The position numbers and the translations under genes were made by a program. From an uncultured Candidatus Saccharibacteria bacterium (GTDB lineage Bacteria > Patescibacteriota > Minisyncoccia > Phycocordibacterales > Phycocordibacteraceae), in assembly GCA_964438675.1 (NCBI GenBank), contig CAYTKJ010000002.1, forward strand, positions 1-42,265: DNA of 42,265 nucleotides. The letters run 5' to 3'. Every line of letters starts with the position of its first letter. The first letter of the stretch is position 1. This document shows positions 16,834 to 24,824 of the stretch, in pieces. Below the pieces are notes generated by a model. That model was not told the DNA's origin. It did not search any database and worked only from the letters and a program-made list of their open reading frames with translations.

Positions 16834-18489
16834 ATGGAACAACTTTTCTGCCCATGGGAGCAATCTGTGTACTTATTCTTTTCCTCAAACGTACCCAATC
16901 TCGTTCACTATTCGCATGCCGTTGCGATCCTGGCAGTATTTTCAATCGGGGTATTTATTTTTTTAAACAACCCCAAAAGTGTAGTCAATCGCTTATTTTT
17001 GTTTTTTGTATCTATATTTTCACTCTGGGTAATATTGGATGTTATTTTGTGGGCTACAAATAGGCCAGACGTAGTTATGTTTGCATGGTCGCTTCAAATT
17101 CTGCTGGAGCCACTATCATATGTTGTTGCGTTTTACCTCTATTACTTATTTTTGAGAAAAAGCTGGCCAAGTCTAAAAGTGAACCTTCTTATCACACTTT
17201 TGTTACTTCCTGTAATCATTCTTCTTCCGACTGAGTATAGTTTGCAATCGATATATATACCGGACTGTGAGGCTTTTGAAGGCCTGGTGGGAATGTATTA
17301 TACGCATTTCTTGCACGCAGGAATGATGTTATCTATTGCCCTGATGGCAGTGCGATACATACCCACGCTTTCAGTTCGACACGAAAGAATGATTGCGCTC
17401 TGTTTCGGATTCGGCTTGATTACCTTTCTCATGGCATTTTCTTCAGGGACTATCATTGGCAGCCTGACGGATGACTGGACACTGAGCCAATATGGACTCT
17501 TTGGGGCGCCAATTTTTGCAGGATTTATTGCATATAGCGTTGTTCAGTTCAACGCGTTTAATGTGAAAGTTCTTTCAGCGCAAATGCTCATAGCTGCCCT
17601 TGCGGTCGCAGTGATATCTCTCGTTACATTACAGCAACTTGAAAATGTGAGAATTGTTGCTAGTTTCACATTTATCTTAGTTTGCGTATTAGGATATGTC
17701 TTAGTTAGAAGTGTAAAGCGTGAAGTGGAGCAACGTGAGCATATTCAGATCTTGGCAGATAACCTCAAGTTGGCTAATGAAAAGCTCAAAGAGCTCGACA
17801 AGCTGAAGTCTCAGTTTCTTTCGATTGCGACGCACGAGCTCAGAACACCACTTACTATCGTACGCAACTTTGTTTCCCTTATGATAGACGGCTCGTACGG
17901 AAAGGTACCGCCGGCAGCGGAAGAAGCAGGACGTCAGGTATTTGAGCGCGTAAACGACATGGCACGGTCGGTGGACACGTACCTGAACGTATCTCGTATC
18001 GAGCAAGGCAAAATATCTTACTCTTTTGCTGAGGCAGACCTCACACACTTGACCACGCTCGCAGTTGAGGGACTGAGAGCCAACGCTACAAAGCGAGGAC
18101 TTACACTATCTATTGCAATAAAACCTGGTGCTGAAAAGCTGAAAGGTAAGTACGATGCGCCAAAAATTGCTGAGGTATTAATAAATCTAATAGATAACTC
18201 CATCAAGTATACCGAGAAAGGTTCAATCTCTGTCTTGGTAGAAAAAGTGGGGAGCAGAGGAGTGGTGACCATACGGGATACTGGCGTGGGTATGACTGAG
18301 AAGACCCAGAAGAATCTCTTTAAACTCTTTAGTCCAGGCGAGGATTCGAAGCGAATTAACCCTGCCTCTACCGGCGTGGGTCTCTATGTCTCACTGGCGC
18401 ATGTCGTGGCACACAAGGGCACACTTACTGCTGCATCAGATGGCCCAGGCAAGGGGTCAAGGTTTACTGTGGAATTACCACTAGCATAG
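16834..18489 (+). CDS. sensor histidine kinase with multi-TM N-terminal domain (orphan)
   Basis: 551-aa ORF with about nine N-terminal TM helices and a coiled coil. H-box SIATHELRTPLT, N-box LIDNSIKYT, G-boxes DTGVGM and GVGLYV. No response regulator in the window. Confidence 0.9.
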   Translation: MEQLFCPWEQSVYLFFSSNVPNLVHYSHAVAILAVFSIGVFIFLNNPKSVVNRLFLFFVSIFSLWVILDVILWATNRPDVVMFAWSLQILLEPLSYVVAFYLYYLFLRKSWPSLKVNLLITLLLLPVIILLPTEYSLQSIYIPDCEAFEGLVGMYYTHFLHAGMMLSIALMAVRYIPTLSVRHERMIALCFGFGLITFLMAFSSGTIIGSLTDDWTLSQYGLFGAPIFAGFIAYSVVQFNAFNVKVLSAQMLIAALAVAVISLVTLQQLENVRIVASFTFILVCVLGYVLVRSVKREVEQREHIQILADNLKLANEKLKELDKLKSQFLSIATHELRTPLTIVRNFVSLMIDGSYGKVPPAAEEAGRQVFERVNDMARSVDTYLNVSRIEQGKISYSFAEADLTHLTTLAVEGLRANATKRGLTLSIAIKPGAEKLKGKYDAPKIAEVLINLIDNSIKYTEKGSISVLVEKVGSRGVVTIRDTGVGMTEKTQKNLFKLFSPGEDSKRINPASTGVGLYVSLAHVVAHKGTLTAASDGPGKGSRFTVELPLA

Positions 18490-18529
18490 TAATCCGTAAG
18501 TGGTTTTATGAGCTTGTGATACCGTAGCG

Positions 18530-18928
18530 CTACGATAGGTATGTAATAGCCGCAACGTTTATTGGAAGCACATGATCTTCCAGATAGTCAGGGAGCTTGG
18601 CTAGGGGTACAAACTCAAAGGCGATATTCTCGTCGTTCATCAAGGATAACGTTCCAGTAGTTGTAACGTGAACAAATTTGGTTTGATGCGTCTCGTTACC
18701 AGCGTAGTAGGTATGCACAACACTTGTCTCAGTAACTGCAGTAACGTTTAGGTCGAGTTCTTCTTTTAGCTCGCGAATTATTGCTTCGGCAATACTTTCT
18801 CCTTCCTCAACTCCACCGCCCGGCAGATGCCACATACCTGGTGCCACCTTCTTGTTGAGATTTCTCCTACACAGCAGCACTGAACCGTCGGGTCCTCGTA
18901 CTACAGCTGCAACATTGATGCGGTCCAT
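18530..18928 (-). CDS. NUDIX hydrolase (paralog 2)
   Basis: NUDIX box GGVEEGESIAEAIIRELKEELDL, shared with paralog 1 along with LLC.R...KK.APGMWHLPGG. The ATG at 18928 (MDRIN...) is preceded by TATCAT + 6 nt. The track start at 18943 is GTG. Confidence 0.85.
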   Translation of the reverse strand: MDRINVAAVVRGPDGSVLLCRRNLNKKVAPGMWHLPGGGVEEGESIAEAIIRELKEELDLNVTAVTETSVVHTYYAGNETHQTKFVHVTTTGTLSLMNDENIAFEFVPLAKLPDYLEDHVLPINVAAITYLS

Positions 18929-18934
18929 ACGAAA

Positions 18935-18944
18935 ATGATACACT
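18935..18944. promoter_or_regulatory. overlapping divergent -10 boxes (TATCAT for NUDIX-2 on minus, TACACT for trpS on plus)
   Basis: The reverse complement of 18935-18940 is TATCAT, 6 nt before the ATG at 18928. TGATACACT at 18936-18944 lies 8 nt before the ATG at 18953. Confidence 0.45.
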
Positions 18945-18952
18945 GCACAAGC

Positions 18953-19903
18953 ATGGCAAGCAAAAAGCGCTTTCTTTCAGGTGTAAAACCCACTGGCCAC
19001 CCGCACGTTGGAAACTATTTTGGTGCCATGAAGCAGTTTGTGGATCTCCTAAAAACTGGAGAGTACGAGCCAATGGTCTTTGTTGCCGACTATCACGGTT
19101 TAAACTTTATTCAGAATGGCAAAGAAATGCGCTCGCTTATTCTCGACCTTGTAAAAGACTACATTGCAATAGGGCTAGACCCAGCCCAAGTACTTTTATA
19201 TAAACAATCCGACGTGTCAGAACATACCGAGCTTGCCTGGATATTCGACACGATTACGACCATGCCATACCTCATGCGTGGTCATGCGTATAAGGACGCT
19301 GAAGCGAAGGGTAAGGAAGTCTCAGTCGGCACCTTTAATTACCCCATGCTTATGGCAGCAGACATACTGCTCTATGACCCGGACGTAGTGCCCGTAGGGC
19401 AGGATCAAAAGCAACATGTCGAGTATGCGCGCGACACCGCAGAGAAGTTTAATCGAATCTTTGGTGAAGTCTTTAAGCTCCCGACTGACATGATTTTGCC
19501 CTCCGTTGCTGTGGTTCCGGGAGTAGATGGACGAAAAATGAGTAAGAGTTACGGTAATACGATCCCGCTGTTTGGAACTAAAGACGAAATAGCGAAGGCA
19601 GTTATGAGTATCGTGACGGACTCATCAGGTGAGCGACCAGAACATGTCTACGCAATACATAAACTATACCGACCAGAAACAGAGCTAGCACCAATCTACG
19701 AGTCCCATAAAGGGAAGTACAAGACACTTAAAGATATGTTGATCGAGGACATAGACGCTGTGGCAGCACCAATGCGCGAGAAGCGTACATCTATAACTGA
19801 TAACGATGTGCAACAGGTACTGAAGGATGGCGGTGAGAAAGCTAAGGCTCTAGCCAGTGTAAAAATGGCTGAAGTTCGACAAAAAATAGGTGTTTCACTC
19901 TAG
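18953..19903 (+). CDS. trpS: tryptophan--tRNA ligase
   Basis: Class I motifs: HVGNYFGA (HIGH-type) and KMSKS, with TrpRS-typical length. Start chosen at MASKKRFLSGVKPTG, giving the N-terminal length typical of TrpRS. An in-frame ATG at 18935 is an alternative. Confidence 0.93.
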   Translation: MASKKRFLSGVKPTGHPHVGNYFGAMKQFVDLLKTGEYEPMVFVADYHGLNFIQNGKEMRSLILDLVKDYIAIGLDPAQVLLYKQSDVSEHTELAWIFDTITTMPYLMRGHAYKDAEAKGKEVSVGTFNYPMLMAADILLYDPDVVPVGQDQKQHVEYARDTAEKFNRIFGEVFKLPTDMILPSVAVVPGVDGRKMSKSYGNTIPLFGTKDEIAKAVMSIVTDSSGERPEHVYAIHKLYRPETELAPIYESHKGKYKTLKDMLIEDIDAVAAPMREKRTSITDNDVQQVLKDGGEKAKALASVKMAEVRQKIGVSL

Positions 19904-19940
19904 ACTTGCGCGCCAGTAGTTCATTGCGTACAGTGGCAGG

Positions 19941-20159
19941 GTGTTCGAACGTGCAAGACAGGGGTGGAGGAGTAATGTCGACTGCGTTTGTGGTACTAGT
20001 TATATAATACTTCGTCATCCAGGCATCTCAACTATTGCGACATGTCCCGTGTGCGGTTCTGTGGTAGGTATTACGTCCTCGCAGATTCCAGCGGATCCCG
20101 TTCAAATTATTCAGCGTTTTCCGCTGGGACCAGAGGCTGAATTTTCATACGAACTGTAG
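19941..20159 (+). CDS. hypothetical small zinc-ribbon protein (GTG start)
   Basis: 72-aa ORF with four Cys in the pattern CxC-x19-CxxC (DCVCGTSY...TCPVCG). TACAGT at 19929-19934 lies exactly 6 nt before the GTG. Confidence 0.4.
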   Translation: MFERARQGWRSNVDCVCGTSYIILRHPGISTIATCPVCGSVVGITSSQIPADPVQIIQRFPLGPEAEFSYEL

Positions 20160-20200
20160 TAGTCATCCGACTGTGGTATAATGTTTAAATAAGTTTTTAT

Positions 20201-21535
20201 ATGAGAACACTTATCAGAGATCTCAAGCAGGAGGTAGGAAAGCAAATAACCATTAAAGGTTGGGTGGACGTTCGTCGCGACCAAGGCAAGATGATTTTTT
20301 TTGACTTCCGCGACAGGACCGGCAAAGTGCAAGGCGTGGTTCTTCCAACCAGTGCTGCAATGGAGACGGCTAAAGAGCTGCGCCACGAGTATGTGGTAGC
20401 AGTTACCGCCAAGGTTAATGCGCGACCTGCAAAGAATGTAAACGAAAAGGTACAGAACGGAACGCTGGAGCTTGAGGTCCTTGGCATTGACATATTGGCG
20501 GCTGCCGAGCCGCTACCGTTCGACATGTCTGACACGGGGTACAACCTCGACCTCACCACCGAGCTTGACCATCGAGCACTGACTTTGCGTCACCCACGCA
20601 ATCAGGCAATTTTTAAAGTGTCAGCAACTATCATCGACTCATTTCGCGAGTTCATGAAGTCGCAAGATTTTTTCGAATTTCAAGCCCCATCTATAACACC
20701 CGCTACTGCGGAGGGTGGGGCTGAGGTCTTTGAAGTTGAGTATTTTGACAAGAAGGCATATCTCACTCAGTCGCCACAGCTCTACAAGCAGATTGTGATG
20801 ACTGCGTTTGAGCGCGTTTTCTCAGTCAACAAGATCTTCCGTGCTGAGCCGTCTCAGACGACTCGCCACATAACCGAGATAGTATCTCTTGATGCCGAGT
20901 GGGGGTTTATTGACTCGTGGAAAGACATCCGCGATATGTCTGAGAGCGCCGTGCGCTACATTTTGAAGCAGCTCTCCGAACGTTGCAGCGCAGAGCTTGC
21001 ATACCTCAAGGCTGAACTTCCGGTACTTCTTGAGCACACACCCACCATGTCTTTGACTGAGGCGCAAGAAAAGATCTTTACCACCGGGCGTGACGTGCGT
21101 GGCGACAAAGATTTGAATGCGGAGGATGAGCGCATCTTGTGCGAAATAGTAAAGAAGGAGACCGGATCAGATTTTGTATACGTATACGGATACCCGACCA
21201 AACAGAAGCCGTTTTATGTGTACCCGAACCCTGATAAGCCCGAGTTCAATGAGGGTGTCGACCTTATCTGTAGAGGACGCGAGTGGCTGTCGGGCGGGCG
21301 TCGCATCAATGACTACAAACAGCTTATGCAGCATGTAAAGGAGTGGAACATGGACCCAGAGAAGATCAGTATGTTTCTTGAGGCATTCCGCTACGGTGTG
21401 CCGCCTGAAGGTGGGTTTGCGCTTGGAGCTGAGCGCATGACTATGCAAATACTTGGACTTGAGAACATTCGCGAAGCAACTATGTTTCCACGCGACCTAC
21501 ACCGTATTGATACGCTACTGCACACCAACAATTAG
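20201..21535 (+). CDS. aspS: aspartate--tRNA ligase, archaeal/type-2 form
   Basis: 444-aa class IIb synthetase with an OB-fold N-terminus, FRAEPSQTTRH, and a C-terminus of FRYGVPPEGGFALGAERM...NIREATMFPRD that resembles archaeal-type AspRS rather than AsnRS. TGGTATAAT at 20174-20182. Confidence 0.88.
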   Translation: MRTLIRDLKQEVGKQITIKGWVDVRRDQGKMIFFDFRDRTGKVQGVVLPTSAAMETAKELRHEYVVAVTAKVNARPAKNVNEKVQNGTLELEVLGIDILAAAEPLPFDMSDTGYNLDLTTELDHRALTLRHPRNQAIFKVSATIIDSFREFMKSQDFFEFQAPSITPATAEGGAEVFEVEYFDKKAYLTQSPQLYKQIVMTAFERVFSVNKIFRAEPSQTTRHITEIVSLDAEWGFIDSWKDIRDMSESAVRYILKQLSERCSAELAYLKAELPVLLEHTPTMSLTEAQEKIFTTGRDVRGDKDLNAEDERILCEIVKKETGSDFVYVYGYPTKQKPFYVYPNPDKPEFNEGVDLICRGREWLSGGRRINDYKQLMQHVKEWNMDPEKISMFLEAFRYGVPPEGGFALGAERMTMQILGLENIREATMFPRDLHRIDTLLHTNN

Positions 21536-21584
21536 CATATAAAGTAGTGTGCCGTGCTTGGGGAACACAGGCTATACTAGCCCT

Positions 21585-22304
21585 ATGACTGGGTTTACGA
21601 TTAAAACAGCCGCTTTTGATGGCCCGCTCGACATACTCCTCACACTTATTGAAGATCGGAAGATGCTTATTTCTGATATTTCTCTTGCACAGGTTGCAGA
21701 CGATTTTCTGAAATTTGTTTCAACGCAGGATTCGTACCCAATCGCTGATACCGCGCAGTTTCTTGTAGTTGCGGCCACACTAGTGCTTATAAAATCCCGC
21801 GCACTCCTGCCAGTCCTAGAACTTACCGACGATGAAGAAGTTGATATTCGTGACCTTGAGCTTCGACTCGCACTCCTTTCTGTAATTCGAAAAGCTGCGC
21901 AGCGGTTTGATATCACACACCAGCAGTTCATCGCACCCGGCATTACCGTTCGAGATCCTCTCTTTGTGCCACCACCAGATTTGTCGCTTATTGCGCTAGA
22001 AGTTGCAATTCGAAGCGTGCTTGAGCAGGCCCCGCGCCACGTTGGTACGCCTGAGGTGCGCGTCGATCCGGTTATTTCACTCGATGAAATGATTGATCGG
22101 CTACATACGCGTATACAGCATGCAATTAAACTCTCATTCACCGAGTTTACTCAAGGGGCGGCAAACATTACAGACGTGGTGGTTGGATTTCTTGCAATGC
22201 TCGAGCTCATTAAGCGCGGATCGGCGCATGCTGCACAAGGTGCCCATTTTGAAGAAATTACGATAGAATACACAGGTAGCGTAGACGCCCCACGGTATGA
22301 ATAA
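21585..22304 (+). CDS. scpA: segregation and condensation protein A
   Basis: ScpA pattern FDGPLDILLTLIEDRKMLISDISLAQVADDFL. The ATG at 21585 is preceded by TATACT + 6 nt. The track start at 21549 is GTG. Confidence 0.9.
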   Translation: MTGFTIKTAAFDGPLDILLTLIEDRKMLISDISLAQVADDFLKFVSTQDSYPIADTAQFLVVAATLVLIKSRALLPVLELTDDEEVDIRDLELRLALLSVIRKAAQRFDITHQQFIAPGITVRDPLFVPPPDLSLIALEVAIRSVLEQAPRHVGTPEVRVDPVISLDEMIDRLHTRIQHAIKLSFTEFTQGAANITDVVVGFLAMLELIKRGSAHAAQGAHFEEITIEYTGSVDAPRYE

Positions 22305-22851
22305 TTCACTATCCCTTAGTTCTAGCATTGAGGCACTGCTTCTGTATCGTGGAGGCTCTGTACGAGTAGGCGACATAGCACGCGCGCTTGAACAGCCACT
22401 TGCTGTCATCGAATCTGCACTCGAGGGACTCACTGCGGACCTCACTGAGCGCGGCATCTCTCTCGTACGTGAGGCAGATAAAGTGGCTCTGACTACGTCG
22501 CGCGCTGCTGCTGAGGTCATAGAAAAATTGCGTCGTGACGAACTTGAAGGAGCGATTGGTAAGGCAGGGCTTGAGACACTCGCGGTTATCGTGTATCAAG
22601 GACCAGTTACTCGCGCTGATATCGAGTACGTTCGCGGTGTTACCGTTTCGTCGATGCTTCGTACACTAATGATCCGCGGACTCATTGAGCGTGTTGATAA
22701 TCCAAAGGACAAGCGTTCTTTTTTATATCGAGCAACTCCAGAGCTCCCTGCGTTTCTTGGCGTTTCATCACTGAGTGCACTCCCTGGGTACGTATCTGTA
22801 CGTGAAGAGCTGACCACGGTCTTAGCAGGAAAGCCAGCAGAAGAGGTATGA
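22297..22851 (+). CDS. scpB: segregation and condensation protein B
   Basis: 184-aa ORF with two winged-helix halves (LEALLLYRGG...; GPVTRADIEYVRGV.VSSMLRTLMIRGLIE). Overlaps scpA by 8 nt. Confidence 0.9.
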   Translation: MNNSLSLSSSIEALLLYRGGSVRVGDIARALEQPLAVIESALEGLTADLTERGISLVREADKVALTTSRAAAEVIEKLRRDELEGAIGKAGLETLAVIVYQGPVTRADIEYVRGVTVSSMLRTLMIRGLIERVDNPKDKRSFLYRATPELPAFLGVSSLSALPGYVSVREELTTVLAGKPAEEV

Positions 22852-23765
22852 ACCACGTACGACTTACAGCGCTCATAGCTGGATGTATGATCGGTGCGGG
22901 ATACACCGCGCTTTGGTACATTCCTCAAGATTCTGTTGCACTCAGTGCAGCAAGTTGTAATGAGTTATCCACGGAGGCACCATCAGTGACTGCAGAAGCA
23001 GCGTTTGTGGCCGATATCAGTACTGGGAACATTCTGTATCAAAAGAATGCAGAGGCTCAGCTTCCCCTTGCGTCACTCACGAAACTTATGACTGTCGTCA
23101 CTGCGCTCGAGGCCCTCGGGCCAGATCATGAGGTGCACATTACTGAGGCAGCTCTCTCTCCGGAAGGCGATAGCGGGCTGACCAGGGGTGAACGCTGGAG
23201 CGCTCAGGACCTTGCACACTTCTCACTCATTGAATCATCAAACGACGGTGCGCATGCGCTTGGTCTTGCGGTAGTAGATGCACTCGGACTTGAAACGGGC
23301 GGATTCATAGACACCATGAATAGGCGTGCGAGACTTTTAGGCCTGGCTCAAACATTCTTTCTTGATGATACCGGGCTCGACATATCGCTCACAACAGCGG
23401 GAGCCTATGGTTCGGCACGAGATGCCGCTACCCTTCTTGCGCACATTGCTATTCTTTCGCCTGAGTCAGTTGAACGATCAGTCATGCCAACGTGGAGTTT
23501 TGTCTCGAAAAGTGGAACTGTACATCAGGCCGAAAACACCACACTGCTCGCATCACTCTACCCATCTGCGATAGGGTCAAAAACTGGCTACACAGATCTA
23601 GCGGGGGGTAATCTCGCTTTTATGTTTGAAGCTATACCTGGGCACCCAGTGGTAATTGCAGTACTCGGCTCTACACGTGAGGGTAGGGAAGTGGATACCG
23701 TGCGACTGGCCACGTTTGCAAAGAATGAAGTGCTGCGGCAGGCTACCTGTCTTTCCCTATGGTAG
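22848..23765 (+). CDS. D-alanyl-D-alanine carboxypeptidase (serine peptidase S11 / PBP5-like)
   Basis: 305-aa ORF with an N-terminal TM/signal segment and the motifs SLTK (SxxK), SSND (SxN) and KTGYT (KTG). Confidence 0.85.
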   Translation: MNHVRLTALIAGCMIGAGYTALWYIPQDSVALSAASCNELSTEAPSVTAEAAFVADISTGNILYQKNAEAQLPLASLTKLMTVVTALEALGPDHEVHITEAALSPEGDSGLTRGERWSAQDLAHFSLIESSNDGAHALGLAVVDALGLETGGFIDTMNRRARLLGLAQTFFLDDTGLDISLTTAGAYGSARDAATLLAHIAILSPESVERSVMPTWSFVSKSGTVHQAENTTLLASLYPSAIGSKTGYTDLAGGNLAFMFEAIPGHPVVIAVLGSTREGREVDTVRLATFAKNEVLRQATCLSLW

Positions 23766-24823
23766 AGGACGTCATAAGAATTTTTATTCCCGCGGCAGCC
23801 GCGTTTTGGATCGGCATCGCTATGACGCCACTTCTGACGCATTACCTGTTTGCATGGAAAGTCTGGAAGAAAAAGGGAGGGAAGCAGGCGCTCGATGGGA
23901 CACACGCAGAGGAGTTTAGTCGATTACACGCAGAGACAGAAATGCATACGCCACGGATGGGTGGAATCGTCATTTGGGGCTCAGCAGCACTTACTGCACT
24001 TCTGTTTTATGTGCTGGCGCTTATTGCGCCCTCAACGTTCACTGCCCAGCTTGATTTCATAAACCGCGCACAAACGTGGATCCCGCTCGTTACACTTCTT
24101 ATTGGTGCACTTGTTGGTTTTATAAACGACCTTCTGGACGTTATAGAAGCACGAGATGCTCGTGGTCTACCACTGACAGTACGACTTGCGATCGTTGTAC
24201 TCCTCTCGCTTTTTGTTGGCCTCTGGTTTTACACGAAGCTCGGTATCGTGACCATTGGCATTCCGTTCTTTCCCGATCTGTACATTGGATGGCTTGTGGT
24301 CCCGCTTTTTGTGACCGTTTCACTTTTTCTGTACGCCTCAGGAGTTATTGATGGAATTGATGGACTTTCTGGAGGTGTGTTTGCGTCTATCTTTGGTGCA
24401 TATGCATTCATTGCGTTTACAAATGGGCAGTATGATCTCGCTGCATTTTGTGCTGCACTTGTTGGTGCACTGCTTGCGTTCTTGTGGTTTAACGCACCAC
24501 CGGCACGGTTTTGGATGACTGAAACGGGCTCGATGTCACTAACACTCACCATCGCATCCGTCGCGTTTCTCACAGATCTGAAGGGAGAGGGTAATGGGGT
24601 GGCTGTTTTGCCGATAGTCGCACTCCTACTGATAGCTACTGTTTTTTCAAACATTTTGCAGGTCTTCTGGAAAAAGTTTTTTAAACGAAAACTGTTTCGC
24701 ATTGCTCCCCTGCATCACCATTTCGAGGCGATTGGTTGGTCGGGTCCTAAAGTAACGATTCGGTACTGGATACTCTCGATCATTCTGTGCATTATGGGTG
24801 TCGCGGTCGCACTCCTTGGCTAG
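23759..24823 (+). CDS. mraY: phospho-N-acetylmuramoyl-pentapeptide transferase
   Basis: 354-aa polytopic ORF with MraY motifs (TPRMGGI, NDLLDV, IDGIDGLSGG, APLHHHFE). Confidence 0.95.
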   Translation: MVEDVIRIFIPAAAAFWIGIAMTPLLTHYLFAWKVWKKKGGKQALDGTHAEEFSRLHAETEMHTPRMGGIVIWGSAALTALLFYVLALIAPSTFTAQLDFINRAQTWIPLVTLLIGALVGFINDLLDVIEARDARGLPLTVRLAIVVLLSLFVGLWFYTKLGIVTIGIPFFPDLYIGWLVVPLFVTVSLFLYASGVIDGIDGLSGGVFASIFGAYAFIAFTNGQYDLAAFCAALVGALLAFLWFNAPPARFWMTETGSMSLTLTIASVAFLTDLKGEGNGVAVLPIVALLLIATVFSNILQVFWKKFFKRKLFRIAPLHHHFEAIGWSGPKVTIRYWILSIILCIMGVAVALLG

Positions 24824-24824
24824 C

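Noticed and set aside
18523-18534. A 12-bp palindrome, CGTAGCGCTACG, over the NUDIX-2 stop codon at the convergent HK/NUDIX-2 junction.
   Set aside because: It is short, has no flanking U-tracts, and is plausibly chance. It is noted only because it resembles the situation of the 20-bp palindrome at 14462.
19904-20200. A possible T-box leader or other riboswitch, or a tRNA, in the long gap between two aminoacyl-tRNA synthetase genes.
   Set aside because: I found no T-box consensus (AATTAGGGTGGTACCGCG-like), no terminator/antiterminator pair, and no cloverleaf that folds. The GGTGTTCGAAC stretch lacks matching acceptor and D arms. A protein-coding explanation fits better.
21572-22141. A 189-aa ORF antisense to scpA. 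Similar long antisense ORFs occur at 40629-41135, 24229-24702, 20197-20559, 9053-9478, 10072-10404 and 13025-13435.
   Set aside because: All lie opposite well-supported conserved genes. They are Ser/Arg/Ala-rich with no recognisable motifs or start signals, which is typical of shadow ORFs in GC-richer coding DNA.
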